Shown here: one piece after another, positions 59,296 to 64,000 of the stretch | Numbering within the stretch: position 1 is the stretch's first letter | Layout of the letters: the number at the start of each line of letters is the position of its first letter | Source of the DNA: an uncultured archaeon | GTDB lineage: Archaea > Asgardarchaeota > Thorarchaeia > Thorarchaeales > Thorarchaeaceae | Length of the DNA: 64,000 nucleotides | NCBI GenBank assembly: GCA_964473825.1 | Contig: CAYYQL010000002.1 | Location: forward strand, 1 to 64,000 | Reading direction: 5' to 3' | The notes under the pieces: generated by a model | The model's input: only the letters and a program-made list of their open reading frames with translations | Database searches by the model: none | Told to the model about the DNA's origin: nothing | Made by a program: the position numbers and the translations under genes

Positions 59296-60936
59296 TCATC
59301 TTATCACAAGCTGATACACTCCCGACTCCAGTGATAGGTCGTAGTCTGTACCAGAAGCAGTGAGTACGCCTAGGACGGAGCCAGACGAATAGGCTGTTGG
59401 TGCCGAGTCGAAGTTGCTGAATGATAACGTTGCCGACTGGTCCACCCGTACATTGAGAATAAAGGCCTCCTTTGCTGCATCCCATTCTGCCTGATAGACC
59501 CAGATACGGTCGTCATCTGCAGAACTGATGTAGGGATAATCCCAGAACTCTGCAGGCCGAGCGTCCCCCAGATCCATGATTGTGATGGGGGCATGGGCCC
59601 AGATCCATCCAAATGCCGCTACTGACTGGAGGAACGGTTCCAGTGACATGGTATCGAAGTGCATCTGACGACCATCAGGAGACCAGACCTTGTTGTAAGA
59701 GTTGAAGAAGAAATTCGCTAGGCGATCTCGTGTCACGTAATCACCCATTTGATTCGCGAGGTGCATGGTGAAGAGTGTGCCCAAGATGTCAAAGGTGCCA
59801 AACCCACCGGGGTTGTTGTAGCTATCCATGATGTACGAAGAATCGGCAGAGACGTCCTTCATGAAGTACTCCAGGAACACGGGATAGTCGGCTATACTCT
59901 CCTCTGGCTGGATGTATTGCAGAAAGGCAAGCGCCCACCCATTGCAGTAGGACGAGACCTTCGGGCTACCATCACTGGTATAGAGGGACAGCTGAGGACC
60001 AGGAATCTCTTCCGGAACGCGACTGGTGTCATAAAGTGAAGACGTGGGTCTGTCGACGAAGTACCCGTCGATGAACAGGTCGTACTTGTCTTGGGCGACC
60101 GTGTTCACGAAATTGAGCCCATAGTCCCACATTCCCCCGTTCCAGTATTCGGACCCATACAGATTGTCGTACAGCTTCGTGCAGAGCATCGGTATCGAGT
60201 TGCATTGCACAAATACGATATAGGGTTCACAGGGAATCAGTCCGGTTCCCCAGAGACCGTCTTCCTTTGGATTGCCTCGCCTATCGCTTGTAAGAGAAAC
60301 ATTCCAATCGTCAACAAAATAGTCGAGATCATTCTTCATCAGGCCGGTGTTGAAACTGCGTTCATACATGGCCTCCATGAGAGCGATGTGCCCGGTCCAC
60401 ATGATATTGGCTGGACCTCGGAAGCCTCCAGTATAGATTGCCTCCGGATCGGATGCATTGTTGGGGTAGTGGTAGTCCACATAGTTGTAGGATGGATGTA
60501 GCCATTCCTTGTATTCGATGCTGTTGTTGCCCCACTCTTCAGCGGTTGTATTCATTTTCATTATCAGATCGTACAAGAAGTCGTGATAGTAATCGGTCCT
60601 ATAGCCCGAGGTTGCCTCGAACATCATTGCGACTGTGTATGCCATGAATGCTAACACATAGTGATGTAGGCCATGATACTTCTCGGCGTACCAGCCGTCC
60701 CACTCCCCGTAGCCCTGATAGTCACTACTCACAATCGTGTCCAAATAGTTGAAGACTGCAAGCATCTGGTGGTCAATCGCAGTGTAGTCAGCAAAGTCAA
60801 ACTGGATGCTGTCAACCGTCTGAACCCCTCTAGACACAGGAAGCCCTGGCAGATTGCCAACGGTAAGACCCCCAATCACAAGCGTCATGACAAGGGCGAC
60901 TAGGAAATACTTGTTGCTCATCACCTTTTTGCTCAT
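59296..60936 (-). CDS. exported linalool dehydratase/isomerase-like protein
   Basis: N-terminal signal/TM; YVLAFMAY, NIMWTGHIALM, IPCEPYIVFVQCNS. Confidence 0.75.
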   Translation of the reverse strand: MSKKVMSNKYFLVALVMTLVIGGLTVGNLPGLPVSRGVQTVDSIQFDFADYTAIDHQMLAVFNYLDTIVSSDYQGYGEWDGWYAEKYHGLHHYVLAFMAYTVAMMFEATSGYRTDYYHDFLYDLIMKMNTTAEEWGNNSIEYKEWLHPSYNYVDYHYPNNASDPEAIYTGGFRGPANIMWTGHIALMEAMYERSFNTGLMKNDLDYFVDDWNVSLTSDRRGNPKEDGLWGTGLIPCEPYIVFVQCNSIPMLCTKLYDNLYGSEYWNGGMWDYGLNFVNTVAQDKYDLFIDGYFVDRPTSSLYDTSRVPEEIPGPQLSLYTSDGSPKVSSYCNGWALAFLQYIQPEESIADYPVFLEYFMKDVSADSSYIMDSYNNPGGFGTFDILGTLFTMHLANQMGDYVTRDRLANFFFNSYNKVWSPDGRQMHFDTMSLEPFLQSVAAFGWIWAHAPITIMDLGDARPAEFWDYPYISSADDDRIWVYQAEWDAAKEAFILNVRVDQSATLSFSNFDSAPTAYSSGSVLGVLTASGTDYDLSLESGVYQLVIR

Positions 60937-61126
60937 TTTGGAAACTCTCTGGAATGTTTCATTGCTACAGATTGTCACATAGCTTCCGTGAGCGATGAGA
61001 AACGCTCCATAAATACTTTGCAAAATTGTCTAGAAACAAATCGACATATGACGAAATGCACAGACACAGTCATGAAAGAACGAAGAGCGGATGTCAATCC
61101 TGTCGAAATCCAGCTCGCTGATTGAC

Positions 61127-61266
61127 GGCCCTGTAAAATAAATCGAGTTCACATGGCTTAGATGAAGGAAAACTTGTATGGAGCAACTCAAAACTATCAG
61201 AAGAGACCCATTTCGTTGCTCACGGAATTCATTTCGTGAACAATATGAGAATTATTTTACAGAGCC
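61127..61266. mobile_element. 140-bp MITE (type A), inverted relative to the 43371 copy
   Basis: GGCCCTGTAAAATAA...TTATTTTACAGAGCC; about 5 mismatches to the other copy; flanked by CTGATTGAC. Confidence 0.93.
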
Positions 61267-61275
61267 CTGATTGAC

Positions 61276-61417
61276 GGCTCTGTAGAATAATTCACATCAG
61301 GTGTGGGAGCGAGTCCTGTCCTTGTTCCAGAATGTCCGGATGTGAACATTATGCTAGCAAACTGATGATGATCATGGTCATCGCGACCCTAGTCCCGTTG
61401 ACTTTTTCTACAGAGCC
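61276..61417. mobile_element. 142-bp MITE (type B), related TIRs but different interior
   Basis: GGCTCTGTAGAATAA...TTTTTCTACAGAGCC; flanked by CTGATTGAC at 61267-61275 and 61418-61426. Confidence 0.88.
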
Positions 61418-61497
61418 CTGATTGACAAAACACTGATTAGTCGCTTTCCAAAGCTCAGCAGCTCAGTCTTGCTCTCACATGGAGACCGACGAGTGCA

Positions 61498-61908
61498 ATG
61501 AAAGCCCGAAACAAACTGATCTGCGTAGGCATCCTGATCATGGGAGTGCTTGCTACGACCGTGGTCTTGTTGGTCACCGATGACGTAGATGGACCAATAA
61601 TCTATCAGATAGATGTCCTTCCTAGAAGACCTCACCCAGGCGATGTCATCAACATAGTCATCTACTGCATAGATTCATCAGGAGTGTCGGGGGCAACCTT
61701 GCATTATTCAGTCAATGACGGCGAGTGGCAGGAGCAGACGATGTACTTCTATGCATGCCTGTGCATTGCAGGTGGACGATGGGTGGGAGAAGTTGGCCCC
61801 TTGGATGCTGGCGAGAACGTCCAGTTCTATGCCACAGCGTTTGATAATTCGGTCACAATAAACTCAGCAGATACCCAGAAGTTCACAGTGGAAGTCGTTG
61901 AAACGTAA
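61498..61908 (+). CDS. membrane-anchored Ig-like protein with CxC motif
   Basis: N-terminal TM; DSSGVSGATLHYS, ACLC, beta-rich. Confidence 0.65.
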   Translation: MKARNKLICVGILIMGVLATTVVLLVTDDVDGPIIYQIDVLPRRPHPGDVINIVIYCIDSSGVSGATLHYSVNDGEWQEQTMYFYACLCIAGGRWVGEVGPLDAGENVQFYATAFDNSVTINSADTQKFTVEVVET

Positions 61909-61921
61909 GGGAGAATCGAAA

Positions 61922-62110
61922 TTGAAGTCGGACACTATCATCTACTTGCTGGTCATGATTCTTGGAATCGTGGTTGCTATTGCACCATGGACTTTTGCGC
62001 CCGTATGCGTCACCGAGATGCGTTGTTGGTTCACACGGGATGTCGAAACAGTGTTGGGAGCCGGCATAACAGTGCTGGCTGCCATCGGGCTGTTCAGAAA
62101 TCTGGCCTGA
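61922..62110 (+). CDS. small membrane protein, DUF4418-like
   Basis: two TM segments around APVC...MRCWFT. Confidence 0.55.
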   Translation: MKSDTIIYLLVMILGIVVAIAPWTFAPVCVTEMRCWFTRDVETVLGAGITVLAAIGLFRNLA

Positions 62111-62132
62111 TAGGACATGGAGTCATATATCA

Positions 62133-62597
62133 ATGAACAGAGAACAACGTAAAGCAGTACAGGTCATGCTGGTGATTCTGGGCTGCTTTGCAGTCTTTAC
62201 GTATACATACGCTCTAGAAACGAAGCGGTACTGTGATTGGACAGGTCTAGAGATTCAAGAGCGACTGGGACACGAAGTCACATTCACTCTCACAAACGGC
62301 ACTGCGCGTCACTACTGCTGTATCAATGTATCACTGGAGGCCCTTCAGGATATGATATGGCAAAGTGAAGCAATCCACATTGAGAGAATACAGATACGAT
62401 GTCCCATGTGTGGAATGCTCATGGACTCGGACGACACCATGATAGTCTGGATATATTCGGAAGACTACCTCAATCCGACTACCCATACCGCGACCATTGT
62501 TGGCGTCTGCGAAGATACGGCCGACCAATCCATGTGTGAGAGCCATTTTCTTGACCAGTACGGGGGGATCATAATATCTAACCCGTATGGGTTCTAG
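62133..62597 (+). CDS. NosL-like Cys-rich membrane-anchored protein
   Basis: TM followed by CDWTG, YCC, CPMCGM, FLDQYGG. Confidence 0.55.
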   Translation: MNREQRKAVQVMLVILGCFAVFTYTYALETKRYCDWTGLEIQERLGHEVTFTLTNGTARHYCCINVSLEALQDMIWQSEAIHIERIQIRCPMCGMLMDSDDTMIVWIYSEDYLNPTTHTATIVGVCEDTADQSMCESHFLDQYGGIIISNPYGF

Positions 62598-62609
62598 GAG
62601 GAATGAAGA

Positions 62610-63017
62610 ATGAGGAAAGGTGTGCTTCTCCTTGTGATGACCGCTCTGTTAGTTCTGGTTGTGGGTACAACGTTAGCTGTGACATCCTCAACACGAGGTC
62701 AGGTGGATTGGTTGTTTCCCGAGCTCGGACCGGCAGTGATTCAAGATACTCAGTATGGGAGGGCACCAATGCTGGATTCGCCGTTCAGTCTATTCGGAGA
62801 TGTTCCAGGCGGATACTCGCCCTATTGGGGGAATCCACTCGTTGACGAATTAGCAATAGATGGATGGGAGTGGGTTGAATTGCAGGAGGGCCTGAATCCA
62901 AGGGCATACACAGCCGATATCGGCATACTCCTACAGGGACTGCTGATCACTGTGGTTCCATTGATAGTCGTACTTTTTGCCGGGAGGAGATCCTATGGGA
63001 CTTCGAAGACACGTTAA
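62610..63017 (+). CDS. hypothetical protein with N- and C-terminal TM
   Basis: 135-aa ORF within the same co-directional cluster. Confidence 0.55.
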   Translation: MRKGVLLLVMTALLVLVVGTTLAVTSSTRGQVDWLFPELGPAVIQDTQYGRAPMLDSPFSLFGDVPGGYSPYWGNPLVDELAIDGWEWVELQEGLNPRAYTADIGILLQGLLITVVPLIVVLFAGRRSYGTSKTR

Positions 63018-64000
63018 TCTTGCAGACTATGCCATTGGAAATGTGTTCAAATACCGAACAAAGAGCACTGCAATCATATCGATATTGGTCATCTCATCAG
63101 GGCTGCTTGGTTCGCTTGAGTTCATCAGAGAGGGGGTGGTGCAAGATGTGATTGCTTCAATAGATGAGGGACCAGATGTGATAGTACAGAGACTTGAGGG
63201 CGGACGCCAGGTAATGGTGCCTACTGACTGGAGGACAAATATCTCGGAGATAACAGGAGTGCGACTGATCTCTCACAGGGTCTGGGGGTATGTGAGCATA
63301 GGGAACGGCCAGCTTCTCACCGTGATGGGCATAAATGCCTCGGAGTACTCCTCAATTCCAGGGATGGTGGGAACAGAGATTGTGGGTGAAGGAAGGTTTC
63401 TTGAGAAGGATGATAGCAGGAAGATGGTAGTTGGTGAAGGAATCATCGATTTGATGCGAAATGCTGCGCATCCTCTAGATGTCGGTGTGGGAAGCAGAAT
63501 TCAGCTCATCGCCTATGATAATTCACTGGTTGAATTCGAGATTGTTGGAGTGTTTGCATCCGACTCGAAGATTTTCAGTTACGACCTCATATTGACGGAT
63601 GCTGATAGTGCCCGTGAGCTGCTCGGGATTGCGGAGGGTGAGTGTACGGACATAGTCGTATGGGTCAACTACGGGACAATCGTGGACTCGGTTGCGTTGG
63701 TGATAGATATGGACTTCCCTGATGCAAGGGTCCTGACCCGTCAGGGGATAGCTGATGCGAGTCTAAGAGCTTACCTTGGGCGTTCCGGCATTGTCGCTCT
63801 GATGTGGGCCGTATTAGTTTTCGCAGTTGTCATGACAGCCATCACAGCTTCGGGGATTGGATCCGAGGAGGCCAGAAGAGAAGTAGGCCTGCTCAAGGCT
63901 CTTGGATTCGATACTGCCAGTGTCCTTGAGATCAGACTCATAGAGTCCCTAGTCACAAGCATCCTCGGGGGCAGTCTGGGCATCTCACTCGCAATCGTGT
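62995..64000 (+). CDS. MacB/FtsX-family ABC transporter permease (runs off the window)
   Basis: not in the ORF track; MGLRRHVNLADYAIGNVFKYRTKS...RVWGY...GRFL...RREVGLLKALGF. Confidence 0.88.
   Translation, partial: MGLRRHVNLADYAIGNVFKYRTKSTAIISILVISSGLLGSLEFIREGVVQDVIASIDEGPDVIVQRLEGGRQVMVPTDWRTNISEITGVRLISHRVWGYVSIGNGQLLTVMGINASEYSSIPGMVGTEIVGEGRFLEKDDSRKMVVGEGIIDLMRNAAHPLDVGVGSRIQLIAYDNSLVEFEIVGVFASDSKIFSYDLILTDADSARELLGIAEGECTDIVVWVNYGTIVDSVALVIDMDFPDARVLTRQGIADASLRAYLGRSGIVALMWAVLVFAVVMTAITASGIGSEEARREVGLLKALGFDTASVLEIRLIESLVTSILGGSLGISLAIV

Noticed and set aside
61118-61426. CRISPR mini-array
   Set aside because: The repeats are 9-bp TSDs plus inverted termini around ~140-bp units, and one unit occurs alone elsewhere with a different TSD.

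Overview
Archaeal chromosomal segment, most likely from an Asgard archaeon (Thorarchaeia-like). This is inferred from archaeal housekeeping genes occurring together with roadblock, PCI-like, EMC6-like, Vps29-like and DLSPL-type LRR proteins. It is mostly core genes: translation and tRNA modification, SRP54, SMC-ScpAB, TfrAB plus fumarate hydratase, ProRS, proteasome beta and cofactor synthesis. Accessory patches lie at ~32-39 kb and ~56-64 kb. The standout is a tRNA-Asn(GTT) gene at 36855-37050 split by four 29-31 nt introns, each with bulge-helix-bulge (BHB)-like geometry; splicing them gives a canonical 76-nt cloverleaf. Also notable: three IS903-like MITEs (one cuts a dehydrogenase gene, two sit in tandem at one target), a Cys-rich PadR regulator facing arsM across tandem palindromes, and a linalool dehydratase/isomerase-like exported protein. 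All protein calls come from motif recognition by eye; no database search was run.
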